Part shown: piece after piece, positions 7,685-16,480 of the stretch | How positions within the stretch are numbered: position 1 is the stretch's first letter | How the letters are laid out: each line of letters starts with the position of its first letter | Source of the DNA: a virus | Taxonomy: Duplodnaviria; Caudoviricetes | DNA length: 63,634 bases | IMG/VR virus record: IMGVR_UViG_3300030109_005543 | Span: 1-63,634 of that record | Direction: 5' to 3' (one strand) | Notes under the pieces: generated by a model | The model's input: the letters and a program-made list of their open reading frames with translations, nothing else | What the model was told of the DNA's origin: nothing | Database searches by the model: none | Made by a program: the position numbers and the translations under genes

Positions 7685-7996
7685 ATGATTAAATGGTTAA
7701 AAACTAGAATATCTAACAAGTTAAACAACTTCTCCAAAGACAAGCTGAAGGCTTTTCTGAAAAAGAATGGACTTGCTTTTGTCATTATCTTTGTTGGTTG
7801 GGAAATTGTTGAGGATGTTGTATTCCCAATTATATTCGGTGTCCTTGGCAACTATGTGCACCCAGCATTTTACGCTGGAATCCCTGCGTCTCTGATCCTA
7901 TGTTTTCACTGGCTTGCAATTCCAATTCTTTGGGGCCTGTGGGTAAAACTGACAAACAAGCCAGACACTTACGACAAACACGACTGTTGCGAATAA
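7685..7996 (+). CDS. Small membrane protein
   Basis: Start reassigned to ATG 7685 (after the ncRNA); 103 aa with a basic N-terminus and 2-3 hydrophobic segments. Confidence 0.7.
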   Translation: MIKWLKTRISNKLNNFSKDKLKAFLKKNGLAFVIIFVGWEIVEDVVFPIIFGVLGNYVHPAFYAGIPASLILCFHWLAIPILWGLWVKLTNKPDTYDKHDCCE

Positions 7997-8011
7997 AAAT
8001 ATACTTTTTGC

Positions 8012-8040
8012 TTGCACTCTACAATTAATATTGTTATTAT
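8012..8040 (+). promoter_or_regulatory. Sigma70-like promoter
   Basis: TTGCAC-17 nt-TATTAT with an extended -10 TG, in an AT-rich intergenic gap upstream of 8055. Confidence 0.6.
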
Positions 8041-8054
8041 ATAATTAATATAAG

Positions 8055-8573
8055 GTGAATAAGATTGTAATTTGTTTATTGCTTCTACTTTGTTCCTGCT
8101 CTAATATAGGTGAAGAAGATATTAGAATAGAAGAGTATGGAGAGCAATATGCAATTATGGACTGCTGGTGGAGTAGGAATGAAGGTCCCAACACACTGGT
8201 CTTTTGGTGTGACAAGCAACTCGACACTCCACTGATATCCGGTTTTGTCAGCCTAGCTATTGAAAGAGATACTGAGGAAGAGCAATTCTTTTCTATCTGT
8301 GGAACAGATGTAATTCTTAATTCAGGATATGACCTGCATGATACTTTGATTGCCAGTCTTACTGATGATAATTATAACTGCTATAATCACTATGAAAATA
8401 ATATAGGTAATGAATTTGATTCCATATGGGATCCGGAAATCAATATTTTACAAATCATCTGGCGTCCACCAGATTCCACACATCAGGTTCTTACATTACA
8501 CATACCACCCTCAGAGGGAGATTCTGTAAGAGTTCTCGGTACCATCTATCACAAAATTGGCACATTTAACTAA
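8055..8573 (+). CDS. Putative lipoprotein
   Basis: MNKIVICLLLLLCSC signal peptide with a lipobox; GTG start. Confidence 0.65.
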   Translation: MNKIVICLLLLLCSCSNIGEEDIRIEEYGEQYAIMDCWWSRNEGPNTLVFWCDKQLDTPLISGFVSLAIERDTEEEQFFSICGTDVILNSGYDLHDTLIASLTDDNYNCYNHYENNIGNEFDSIWDPEINILQIIWRPPDSTHQVLTLHIPPSEGDSVRVLGTIYHKIGTFN

Positions 8574-8581
8574 GTATAAGT

Positions 8582-9166
8582 GTGAGTGATAATGTTAAAA
8601 TAATCCTTGGAGCACTTCTGTATGTCGTGTGCTTTGGTATGTCTGTTGTCTTGTTGGCCACCCCAGCCGATGCCAGCGACGTTCAAAGCAACTATGATAG
8701 AATTCCTCTTATTCATAACACTCCACCTCAAGTAGCGACTTGGGCCCTCACTCCTACAGTTATAGTCTGTGAGCATGCTCCTGTGAACCAAAGACAGATT
8801 ATTAAAGCAGTCAATTTCTGGAAACGTTTGGGATATAAATTCTACTCCACCCAATATAAACATGATCCCATGAATAAGTGCCTTATGGATGAGCCAATTG
8901 GTTATATTATTATTCATATGGTAACATCTGGTGTTCCAATGGAGGAAAAAGCACTCGCTCAAACACATTTCTATGTTGATAATCTTACAAACAAAATTTC
9001 GTATGCAAAAATATATATGAGATCAGATGTAAGAGAGACAGTCTTAGAGCATGAATTAGGTCATGCCCTAGGGTTCCTTCATTTCAACAAAATTAATCAT
9101 CTAATGAATGAAAAGTGGATGATGGGTGGCTGGGACACAGAAGGTCTCGAACAGCGCGCCCGCTAG
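8582..9166 (+). CDS. Secreted matrixin/M10-like metzincin metalloprotease
   Basis: HELGHALGFLH (HExxHxxGxxH) followed by the Met-turn HLM; N-terminal signal or TM segment. Confidence 0.85.
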   Translation: MSDNVKIILGALLYVVCFGMSVVLLATPADASDVQSNYDRIPLIHNTPPQVATWALTPTVIVCEHAPVNQRQIIKAVNFWKRLGYKFYSTQYKHDPMNKCLMDEPIGYIIIHMVTSGVPMEEKALAQTHFYVDNLTNKISYAKIYMRSDVRETVLEHELGHALGFLHFNKINHLMNEKWMMGGWDTEGLEQRAR

Positions 9167-9185
9167 CGGTTAAGGTAAACCGTTA
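9164..9185 (+). terminator. Possible weak hairpin/terminator
   Basis: TAGCGGTT-AAGGTA-AACCGTTA stem-loop at the gene end, followed by CTATTT. Confidence 0.3.
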
Positions 9186-9192
9186 CTATTTA
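9185..9192 (+). promoter_or_regulatory. Putative phage late promoter motif ACTATTTA
   Basis: Intergenic, upstream of 9219. Confidence 0.45.
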
Positions 9193-9218
9193 TAATATAA
9201 ACTCGGAGAGATACAGGT

Positions 9219-9407
9219 ATGTCAGATCAAGACGATAGAAAACTTCCATCATTTTTAAAAACTGTTTATCTCTCAAACAGAGAAATTCGCCTTATTCTTG
9301 CGGGCCTGTATTCTTTGAATATGTCCAAGGAAGAGGTTGAAGGTACTTTGTGGAAAAAGCTTTTGTTTGAGAAGCTCCATAAAAAGACAAGAAGAAAGAA
9401 AAACTAG
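9219..9407 (+). CDS. Hypothetical protein
   Basis: 62-aa ORF with GGAG upstream; coupled to the next gene. Confidence 0.6.
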   Translation: MSDQDDRKLPSFLKTVYLSNREIRLILAGLYSLNMSKEEVEGTLWKKLLFEKLHKKTRRKKN

Positions 9408-9697
9408 TGGCCAAATTCAGAAAGGACAAGATGTCCAAAAAGGAAGAAAGTGCTTTGCTTCTCAAGGCCATATCTGAGTTTGGTGATAGGGCATTGTATG
9501 AGATTAAAAATGGTACAATTGGAAAAACTCTTTACGCACATGCAGATAGCAAAGATGATGCACATGTGATAAGAGAGTTGATGCCACTAAAGTGGAACAA
9601 CCTGTACTGCATCGTACTCTATGATTCAGATCCGGAACCCGAATATGATGATGAGTTCGAAGAGTGGCACGATCCGACTCTGTACGATCCGTATTAA
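9407..9697 (+). CDS. Hypothetical protein
   Basis: 96-aa ORF with an acidic C-terminus. Confidence 0.6.
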   Translation: MAKFRKDKMSKKEESALLLKAISEFGDRALYEIKNGTIGKTLYAHADSKDDAHVIRELMPLKWNNLYCIVLYDSDPEPEYDDEFEEWHDPTLYDPY

Positions 9698-9700
9698 ATC

Positions 9701-10305
9701 ATGATAACAGCAATTGGCGACGTAATGAGAGAGTGCTACAAGCGCGGTTGGATAACCACCCGTGATGGCAACTGTTCGCTTAGGAGAACAGCTGACTCAA
9801 AAATCTATATCACCCCATCCGGAGTGCGCAAGACCCTCATTCATCCAGAATTTGTGGAATGCTTGCAAGTATCCGATGGAAAGGTGATATTGAAGGAGGG
9901 TGAAAATCCTTCCGGAGAATTGGAAATGCACTGGCAACTCCTAAGAGACGCCGCGAAGACTCGCTGCGTACTGCATGTTCACTCTACAAATATCGTGGCT
10001 GCGATGTATGCCGGCTGGGACCTCAAGAGCATGGCATTGCAATTCCCAGAGATTTATAGATACACCAAAGTGGGACCTAATGTTCCGGTACTCCCTGCCA
10101 TCTCGCAGGCTCTTGCTGACGAAACCTCAAGAGCCTTGGGTTTAAAGGACGGAAAGATCCAGTATGATGTGGTTGGCCAAGGCAATCACGGAGTTTGTTC
10201 CGTTGGTCAAAATCCCTGGGATGCTTTCGAGCATGTCGAAAGACTAGAACATATTTGTCAAATAGTATTGAATTCTGGTGTCAGACCTAGTATAATAAAC
10301 ACAAT

Positions 10306-10315
<10 letters not shown>
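9701..10315 (+). CDS. Class II aldolase/adducin family protein
   Basis: DGNCS, ITPSG, PSGELEMH, HVHS and NHGV motifs. Confidence 0.9.
10268..10296 (+). promoter_or_regulatory. Sigma70-like promoter for tRNA-Thr, inside the aldolase CDS
   Basis: TTGAAT-17 nt-TATAAT ending 10 nt before the tRNA. Confidence 0.65.
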
Positions 10316-10381
<66 letters not shown>

Positions 10382-10393
10382 TAAGGACATTAT

Positions 10394-10801
10394 ATGAGAG
10401 AGTGGAGCAACAAGGCACTATTAAAGACATTACCCAATCCCAGCGGTGATGGATATGAAATTAATATTAAGAACCCCGAGGTCACGTTTATAGGTGTAAA
10501 AGATCAACCTGATTTTGCCACAGTGTGGATCGTCTTTTATCCTAAAGACACTATTATAGAACTGAAATCGTTGAAGAAATATTTTCAGGACTTCAGAAAT
10601 CGTTTGCTTTCTTACGAGCGTTTAATTAACGTGGTCTATGATGATCTCATGAAAGTATATGAGCCCCATCGTTTGCGACTTGAAATGGACTTCAACCCGC
10701 GCGGCGGCCTCTCGTCAAAACTTTCTATTGATTCAGATTGGTCGATTCGTGGTGGTGAAGAGAAGTTTGCAGATTGGGCTGGAAAGGATCACCGATGGTA
10801 G
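10394..10801 (+). CDS. queF-like: QueF-like T-fold protein (preQ0 reductase family) lacking the catalytic Cys
   Basis: QPDFA, the QueF motif ELKSLKKY, and PRGG are present; PEVTFIGVKDQPD replaces PEFTxxCPxTGQPD. Confidence 0.8.
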   Translation: MREWSNKALLKTLPNPSGDGYEINIKNPEVTFIGVKDQPDFATVWIVFYPKDTIIELKSLKKYFQDFRNRLLSYERLINVVYDDLMKVYEPHRLRLEMDFNPRGGLSSKLSIDSDWSIRGGEEKFADWAGKDHRW

Positions 10802-11037
10802 AGAAGCAAGATTTAGAGGTATTGGAAGAGGCAGTGGCTGGAGTCTATTTGCGCCAGGCCGAATGTAGGATTGACCCAATTGTTGGACGAACCTATTATA
10901 CTTATTTAAGAGAAGACAAGACATCTTTCATTAGTGTTGTAGAACCAGAATACTGGGACTACAATAGATTTCCCATTAAGTTTGTCTGCAAAGCTACTTA
11001 TAATGAAAGCGGGTGGCGAGAGTTACCTGTAGAGTAA
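10795..11037 (+). CDS. DUF2452-like protein
   Basis: PIVGRTYYTY...FISVVEPEYW pattern; ATG 10795 overlaps the end of the previous gene. Confidence 0.6.
   Translation: MVEKQDLEVLEEAVAGVYLRQAECRIDPIVGRTYYTYLREDKTSFISVVEPEYWDYNRFPIKFVCKATYNESGWRELPVE
10871..10899 (+). promoter_or_regulatory. Possible sigma70-like promoter upstream of the tRNA Ala-Val-Pro cluster
   Basis: TTGACC-17 nt-TATTAT, intragenic. Confidence 0.4.
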
Positions 11038-11048
11038 TAAAACGGTAT

Positions 11049-11124
11049 GGGGATGTAGCTCAGTTGGGAGAGCAGTTGCCTTGCACGCATCAGGCCGCAG
11101 GTTCGACTCCTGTCATCTCCACCA
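11049..11124 (+). tRNA. tRNA-Ala(TGC)
   Basis: GGGGATG/CATCTCC with G3-U70, anticodon loop CT-TGC-AC, CCA. Confidence 0.95.
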
Positions 11125-11129
11125 TTTTA

Positions 11130-11205
11130 GGGCGGTTAGCTCAGCTGGGAGAGCGTCTCGTTTACACCGAGAGGGTCGGGGGTTCGAGCCCCTCACCGCC
11201 CACCA
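11130..11205 (+). tRNA. tRNA-Val(TAC)
   Basis: GGGCGGT/ACCGCCC, TCTCG-TT-TAC-AC-CGAGA, CCA. Confidence 0.95.
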
Positions 11206-11209
11206 TAAT

Positions 11210-11287
11210 CGGAGTATGGCGCAGTCTGGCTAGCGCACCTGCTTTGGGAGCAGGGGGTCGTAGGTTCGAATCCTACTACTCCGACCA
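11210..11287 (+). tRNA. tRNA-Pro(TGG)
   Basis: CGGAGTA/TACTCCG, CCTGC-TT-TGG-GA-GCAGG, CCA. Confidence 0.95.
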
Positions 11288-11312
11288 TTACTCTTCAACA
11301 TTAGGTACACTT

Positions 11313-11492
11313 ATGGATAAAACAACCCGTCGCCGCATCACCGACCTACAGAAAAAGAATGCAGACCTCCGCGCCCTTGTGGACACACTACAGATCGCCC
11401 TGAAGCGAGCACACAACGTCTTAGAGAACACGGACGACTATGACTATGTATTCGCTCAATCAGCCCGCTGGGCGATGAGTGAAAAACTTTAA
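11313..11492 (+). CDS. Small coiled-coil hypothetical protein
   Basis: ATG 11313 after tRNA-Pro; 59 aa, MDKTTRRRITDLQKKNADLRALV... Confidence 0.65.
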   Translation: MDKTTRRRITDLQKKNADLRALVDTLQIALKRAHNVLENTDDYDYVFAQSARWAMSEKL

Positions 11493-11501
11493 TGCATTAA
11501 G

Positions 11502-11509
11502 CCTATTTA
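11502..11509 (+). promoter_or_regulatory. Putative phage late promoter motif CCTATTTA
   Basis: Intergenic, just upstream of 11514. Confidence 0.45.
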
Positions 11510-11513
11510 ATAC

Positions 11514-12305
11514 ATGAGCAATACAGTATTATTATGTGCCCCCATTCACTTTGATGTGATTTACTCTATCAACCCTTGGATGGTTGGTGAGCCAGTTAAC
11601 AGCGCCGTCGCCCTTGAGCAGTGGTTTCGTCTTAAAGATACCCTTGAAGAGTGGGGTGTTAGTGTAAAGCTCATAGGACAAGTGGGTAATCTACCAGACA
11701 TGGTGTTTACCGCCAATGCTGGTACAGTTCGTGGCAATAAAGTAGTTTTAAGCAATTTTAGGTTCCCTGAAAGACAGCCCGAAACAGATGTATATGAGAA
11801 CTGGTTTAAGGAAGAGGGGTATGAAACCTACCGATTGCCAAAGAAGTATAACTTCGAAGGCTGTGGAGACACTGTAATCTCCGGAGATAAGATGTATGCA
11901 GGGTATGGTGTCCGCTCTGACCTTGGCGGGATTCGAAGAGCGGCCAAGATTCTCGACCTGGAACTGATCCCTTTGAAGTTGAGTCACAATAGTTTCTATC
12001 ATCTGGACACCTGCTTCTGTTTATTGAACAATCAGTGTGCCATGTATTATCCCGGAGCCTTTACACCTTCTGCACTGAAGAAATTACGCAAACATATTCC
12101 AGATCTGATTCCGTTAGATGTTCATGATGCAGCTCATTTCGCAGCAAATTCAGTAGTTTATCAAGAAAATAGAGTCCTCATGCCAGCTGGCCCACAGAAG
12201 ATCGTCGAGGAGCTGGACATCAGAGGCGTTGAAGTTACACACATCAATACAAGCGAGTTCCTAAAGTCCGGCGGCTCGCTACAATGTATGACACTATGGA
12301 TATAA
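11514..12305 (+). CDS. Amidinotransferase/dimethylargininase (pentein) family protein
   Basis: PDMVFTANAG, EGCGD, YHLDTCF and GGSLQCMT motifs (Cys-His-acid catalytic set). Confidence 0.9.
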   Translation: MSNTVLLCAPIHFDVIYSINPWMVGEPVNSAVALEQWFRLKDTLEEWGVSVKLIGQVGNLPDMVFTANAGTVRGNKVVLSNFRFPERQPETDVYENWFKEEGYETYRLPKKYNFEGCGDTVISGDKMYAGYGVRSDLGGIRRAAKILDLELIPLKLSHNSFYHLDTCFCLLNNQCAMYYPGAFTPSALKKLRKHIPDLIPLDVHDAAHFAANSVVYQENRVLMPAGPQKIVEELDIRGVEVTHINTSEFLKSGGSLQCMTLWI

Positions 12306-12634
12306 CACCTTACTGCTACAACGCGTTGATTACGAAGGTTTATGATGGTGACACTGTAACAGCCCTCGTTGATTTAGGCTTTAAGATCAAGACCACAATA
12401 AAAGTTAGATTAGCCGGGATCAACGCACCGGAAGTCCGCGGCAAGAGCAGGCCTGAAGGATTGAAGACCAGAGATTTCCTTAGAGATCTTATCCTAGATC
12501 AAGAGGTCATAATTCAGACACAAAAAGATAAAAAAGGTAAATATGGTCGTTATATTGGTGTAATATATCTGAAAGACAAGAATGTTAACGAACTATTAGT
12601 AGAAAAGAAGTTAGCAGTAAAGAAAGAATATTAG
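12284..12634 (+). CDS. Thermonuclease (SNase-like)
   Basis: KVYDGDTV, VRLAGINAPE and GKYGRYIG motifs; the start could be ATG 12296. Confidence 0.9.
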   Translation: MYDTMDITPYCYNALITKVYDGDTVTALVDLGFKIKTTIKVRLAGINAPEVRGKSRPEGLKTRDFLRDLILDQEVIIQTQKDKKGKYGRYIGVIYLKDKNVNELLVEKKLAVKKEY

Positions 12635-12708
12635 CGGGTGTAGCTCAGTGGTAGAGCATCGCCTTGCCAAGGCGAGGGTCGTGAGTTCGAATCTCATCAC
12701 CCGCTCCA
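12634..12708 (+). tRNA. tRNA-Gly(GCC)
   Basis: GCGGGTG/CACCCGC, TCGCC-TT-GCC-AA-GGCGA, U73, CCA. Confidence 0.95.
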
Positions 12709-12724
12709 AATAAGGGAGAGTTAG

Positions 12725-12958
12725 ATGAGAAACCAGATGGCAGAAAGACTGGTCAGAGCTAGTCTTGCAAAATTTGAGGCTGACAGACAAGAGGCGATTA
12801 CGGTAATTGAATTATATCTAAATAATCCAGTTGGCGTACCTGAGCATTCGTCGATAGTCAATGAATTAACAACAGCAATCACAAGATTGGCCGACGCCGA
12901 AGAAGCGATTGCCGCAATAGAAAGAAACTTTATTGGAGCAGAAGAAAATGATGAGTAG
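12725..12958 (+). CDS. Hypothetical phage protein
   Basis: 77 aa, YLNNPVGVPEH motif, GGGAG ribosome-binding site. Confidence 0.7.
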   Translation: MRNQMAERLVRASLAKFEADRQEAITVIELYLNNPVGVPEHSSIVNELTTAITRLADAEEAIAAIERNFIGAEENDE

Positions 12959-13469
12959 CGAAAAGCCTAGATCCACACCATATACAACCGTTTGTGTGTC
13001 TGGAGGATTTGACCCGGTACATATCGGTCACCTCCGCATGATTCAAGACGCTGCAAAATACGGTCACGTTATTGTAATTGTAAATTCAGATGATTGGCTG
13101 ATGAGAAAGAAGGGTTATATTTTTATGCCTTTCGAAGAGCGTTGTGAAATCCTGGAAGGCTTCAGTGCCACTGGTGAGACTACATTTGTTGATGACTCAG
13201 ACAACACAGTATGTGAGGCACTGCGACGACTCCAGCCCGATTATTTTGCCAATGGCGGAGATAGAAAGACCGACAATACTCCAGAGATGGATGTATGCGA
13301 AGAATTAGGAATTCAGTTGTTATGGGGTGTCGGCGGAGGAAAAATTCAAAGCTCTTCTACGCTTGTGGAAGATGCTGGAATGGTCGATAATGACTCAGCT
13401 GATATTATTAAACCGGACCGGGTTGAGGTTATACAATGTTCTCGCACCAAAAAGCCAGGAGAGAATTAA
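12948..13469 (+). CDS. Cytidylyl/adenylyltransferase (TagD/RfaE domain II-like)
   Basis: SGGFDPVHIGH (HIGH), NSD, NGGDR and SSS motifs. Confidence 0.9.
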   Translation: MMSSEKPRSTPYTTVCVSGGFDPVHIGHLRMIQDAAKYGHVIVIVNSDDWLMRKKGYIFMPFEERCEILEGFSATGETTFVDDSDNTVCEALRRLQPDYFANGGDRKTDNTPEMDVCEELGIQLLWGVGGGKIQSSSTLVEDAGMVDNDSADIIKPDRVEVIQCSRTKKPGEN

Positions 13470-13478
13470 TATAGACAA

Positions 13479-13486
13479 CCTATTTA
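13479..13486 (+). promoter_or_regulatory. Putative phage late promoter motif CCTATTTA
   Basis: Intergenic, upstream of phoH. Confidence 0.45.
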
Positions 13487-13505
13487 CATTACAGATAGGG
13501 TCGCT

Positions 13506-14825
13506 ATGAGCCGTAAAAAAATATATGTGTTAGACACGAGCGTATATCTAACAAACGCAGACGCAATATACGCTTTTAAGAATAATGATATTTATGTTCC
13601 CCTCAAGGTATTTGAGGAGATAGATAAACATAAGAAGCGTCAAGATCTTGTGGGCGCCCAAGCAAGAAAGATTATCCGTATCTGGGATGAACTTCGAGTC
13701 AAGGGCTGTCTTAAGAAAGGTGTCAGGATCCGTAAAGGTCTCGGGATTCTTCAGTCTGTTTCAGCTGCTGATATAGATCCTGATGACCTTCCGACAGATC
13801 TAGATATAAAGATCCCGGACCATCTGATTATTGCAACTGCTAGAGCAGTCGCAAGAGAAACAGATCGTCAAGTTATTCTTGTCTCGCGGGATATTAACAT
13901 GCGCGTCATTGCAGATGCAATTGGCCTGCCGTGTGAAGACTTCCAGAACCAACAGATAGTTGGCAACAGCGAGGAGATCTTTAAGGGATACTCTGAAGTC
14001 CTGGTTGATGATGAGGTCATTGATCAGTTCTATGAGAAAAAAGAAGTTTATCTTGAGAGCAAGAATCTTAGGACAAATGAGTATGTCATGCTGATCTCTA
14101 ATGCAAACGAGAAAAAGACAGCACTCGGAAGATTTATTAACGAGAACACACCGCTTAGACAGCTGCACAAAGACCGTCGTGGTGTTTGGGGCATTCGCGC
14201 TCGCAATAAGGAGCAGTCATTCTTGCTTGACGCTCTGATGGATCCTGACATCGAAGTTCTCACTGTGATCGGCAAAGCTGGTAGTGGTAAGACGCTCTGT
14301 GCCATCGCTGCAGGGCTTGCACAGACCTTGGACGATACATCGGCCGACTACAACCGCATAATCGTTTCTCGGCCCGTACAGCCGCTTGGAAAGGATATTG
14401 GCTTTTTGCCTGGAACCATGGAGGAGAAGATGTCCCCCTGGTTGATGCCTATTCAAGATAACCTGCAAACCCTTATGGGCAATGATAAAATGACCCTTGA
14501 TATTTACATGGAAAAGGGTACAATAGAGATTGAAGCTATTACTTATATTCGTGGTCGCTCGATCGGAAATGCTTTTATTATTATTGATGAAGCACAAAAC
14601 TTGACAACTCACGAATTAAAGACTATAATAACAAGAGTTGGTGAAGGAACAAAGATTATTTTGACTGGTGACGTAGAGCAGATTGATAACGTCTATATAG
14701 ATGCTACAACAAACGGATTGACCCATGCGGTTGAAAAGTTTAAGGATTTTGAACTCGCTGCACACGTTACACTCCTTAAGGGAGAACGATCAAGGGTCGC
14801 TTCGTTCGCCGCAGAAAATTTGTGA
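13506..14825 (+). CDS. phoH: PhoH-family ATPase with an N-terminal PIN domain (PhoH2/YlaK-type)
   Basis: VLDTSV and SRDINMR (PIN); GKAGSGKT, GFLPG, RGRS, IIDEAQN and GDVEQID (PhoH). Confidence 0.95.
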   Translation: MSRKKIYVLDTSVYLTNADAIYAFKNNDIYVPLKVFEEIDKHKKRQDLVGAQARKIIRIWDELRVKGCLKKGVRIRKGLGILQSVSAADIDPDDLPTDLDIKIPDHLIIATARAVARETDRQVILVSRDINMRVIADAIGLPCEDFQNQQIVGNSEEIFKGYSEVLVDDEVIDQFYEKKEVYLESKNLRTNEYVMLISNANEKKTALGRFINENTPLRQLHKDRRGVWGIRARNKEQSFLLDALMDPDIEVLTVIGKAGSGKTLCAIAAGLAQTLDDTSADYNRIIVSRPVQPLGKDIGFLPGTMEEKMSPWLMPIQDNLQTLMGNDKMTLDIYMEKGTIEIEAITYIRGRSIGNAFIIIDEAQNLTTHELKTIITRVGEGTKIILTGDVEQIDNVYIDATTNGLTHAVEKFKDFELAAHVTLLKGERSRVASFAAENL

Positions 14826-14832
14826 GAATAAA

Positions 14833-15081
14833 ATGGAATATACTGATACTGTAAGAACCGGAGTGATCACTTCGAATACCGGCCTTAAGGAGCTGGTGGT
14901 TAACTACATCGGGGAACGCCTCGCCGCCGATGAGGATATAACAGTCGATATGGCTGTTGAGGTATTCGCTGCAGAGTTCCCGGACTTCCTGCTCGCCATC
15001 GCAGAAGAAAACTTCCTTCGTGGATATGAGCAGGCCTTGACAGATGTTGAGGCTGTAGAGAACAAGAATAATAATGTTTAG
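14833..15081 (+). CDS. Hypothetical protein
   Basis: ATG 14833 just after the phoH stop; 82 aa. Confidence 0.7.
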   Translation: MEYTDTVRTGVITSNTGLKELVVNYIGERLAADEDITVDMAVEVFAAEFPDFLLAIAEENFLRGYEQALTDVEAVENKNNNV

Positions 15082-15700
15082 CCGTGAGTATTATATCTAC
15101 CACATCCCTGTGTTTGTGTTCGGAGAGACAGAGCCGGAAGTAGATATCCCACAGTTCTGTGCAGACATTGAAGAAATGTTGCCTCAGTCAGTCATGCGAA
15201 ACGTTGAGGTTTGTTATATCGCTGACAATCCGATACTAGACGGTCGTAATGCTGCCTATAGTGACGGTGCAATTTACATGAAGTTGGCAGAACCAACCAA
15301 CGACGATATGATTGAAAACTTCGTGCATGAGGTCGCACACGCTGTTGAGTCCGACGATCCTTATTTCATCTACGATGAAAGGATGCACATGGAGTTCATA
15401 GGGAAAAGAAAACGACTGTATCATCTCCTGCAGGCCGAGGGCTATGAACAAATGCCAGCAAGAATGTATGCAAACACTGAGTACAATGAGGCATTCGATA
15501 ACTTTTTGGCAAATGTTGTTGGATATCCAACGCTATTAAATCTTACTATGGGCCTGTTTTGTTCCCCATATGGCGCAACATCAATTCAAGAATATTTTGC
15601 CAATGGGTTCGAAAAGTACTTTACAGAGAGTCCAGAGTTTGTTAAAAGTGTAAGTCCGGTCCTGTACCAGAAAGTTGTAGCAGTCCTTAATGACGAATAA
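15074..15700 (+). CDS. HExxH zincin-like metallopeptidase
   Basis: FVHEVAHAVE and a distal QEYFANGF third-ligand motif. Confidence 0.7.
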   Translation: MFSREYYIYHIPVFVFGETEPEVDIPQFCADIEEMLPQSVMRNVEVCYIADNPILDGRNAAYSDGAIYMKLAEPTNDDMIENFVHEVAHAVESDDPYFIYDERMHMEFIGKRKRLYHLLQAEGYEQMPARMYANTEYNEAFDNFLANVVGYPTLLNLTMGLFCSPYGATSIQEYFANGFEKYFTESPEFVKSVSPVLYQKVVAVLNDE

Positions 15701-16472
15701 AAAAACACACATATCGTACTCTGAATTAAAAGATTGGGCTCACTGCCCGCATTACCACAAGAAGAGCTGGATTGAAAAGGTCGCTTCTTTTGAAGGTAAT
15801 GAATACACCGCTTTCGGATCAGCCATCCACGATGTCTGTGAAAAGAAGCTTCTCCGTGAGAACATCGACCAAGAACAGGTGTTTCAAATTGGTTTTGAAA
15901 AGGAACTTCAGAAACTGGCTGCAAAGAATGTTGAAGTAAACCAAAGCAACATTGAGCAAATGCGAACAGCAGGTCCCGAGATCCTTGCCGAGGTAGAGGA
16001 CGCTCTGGATGATTACTTTGGAGACTATGAAGTCTACTCCTCTGAAGAATTGTTATACGAAGAAATTGAGAACTTTGGATATAATTTTAAGGGCTTTGTC
16101 GACGCTGTAGTTAAGGTAGGTGATACATATCACATCTTTGATTGGAAAACATGCTCTTGGGGTTGGGATTCTAGGAAGAAGGCAGAAAAGTTAGTGACGT
16201 ATCAGCTAACATTGTATAAGCATTTCTTCTGCCAAAAGCACAACTTAGATCCAAAAAAGGTAGAAACACACTTTGCATTGCTAAAGAGAACGGCCAAAAA
16301 GGATCGTGTGGAAATATTTAGAGTAACTAGTGGGCCAAAGAAAACTGAAAACGCCCTTAAACTTCTGTATCAAGCCATATACAATATCCAAAAAGGCTTC
16401 ACAATCAAGAACAAGTTGAACTGTCGAAAGCCGTATCCCTGTTCACTGTACAATACAGAACACTGCAGTTAG
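15690..16472 (+). CDS. PD-(D/E)XK nuclease, Cas4/RecB/AddB-like with Fe-S cysteines
   Basis: SYSEL...CP, GSAIH, GFVD, DWKT, QLTLY and C-terminal C-x5-C-x7-C. Confidence 0.85.
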   Translation: MTNKKTHISYSELKDWAHCPHYHKKSWIEKVASFEGNEYTAFGSAIHDVCEKKLLRENIDQEQVFQIGFEKELQKLAAKNVEVNQSNIEQMRTAGPEILAEVEDALDDYFGDYEVYSSEELLYEEIENFGYNFKGFVDAVVKVGDTYHIFDWKTCSWGWDSRKKAEKLVTYQLTLYKHFFCQKHNLDPKKVETHFALLKRTAKKDRVEIFRVTSGPKKTENALKLLYQAIYNIQKGFTIKNKLNCRKPYPCSLYNTEHCS

Positions 16473-16480
16473 GAAAATAA

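Noticed and set aside
7594-7996. Full-length or two-piece (permuted) tmRNA, or an ordinary tRNA
   Set aside because: The 5' and 3' tmRNA ends are in standard order only 15 nt apart, so the gene is not permuted, and I found no tag frame or second piece nearby. There is no D-stem or 5-bp/7-nt anticodon arm, so it is not a canonical tRNA.
11013-11312. 159-aa ORF 11013..11492
   Set aside because: Its first 100 codons are read through three tRNA genes; only 11313..11492 is credible.
15690-16472. CRISPR-Cas locus
   Set aside because: No repeat-spacer array or other cas genes were seen, and the intergenic gaps are too short to hold an array.
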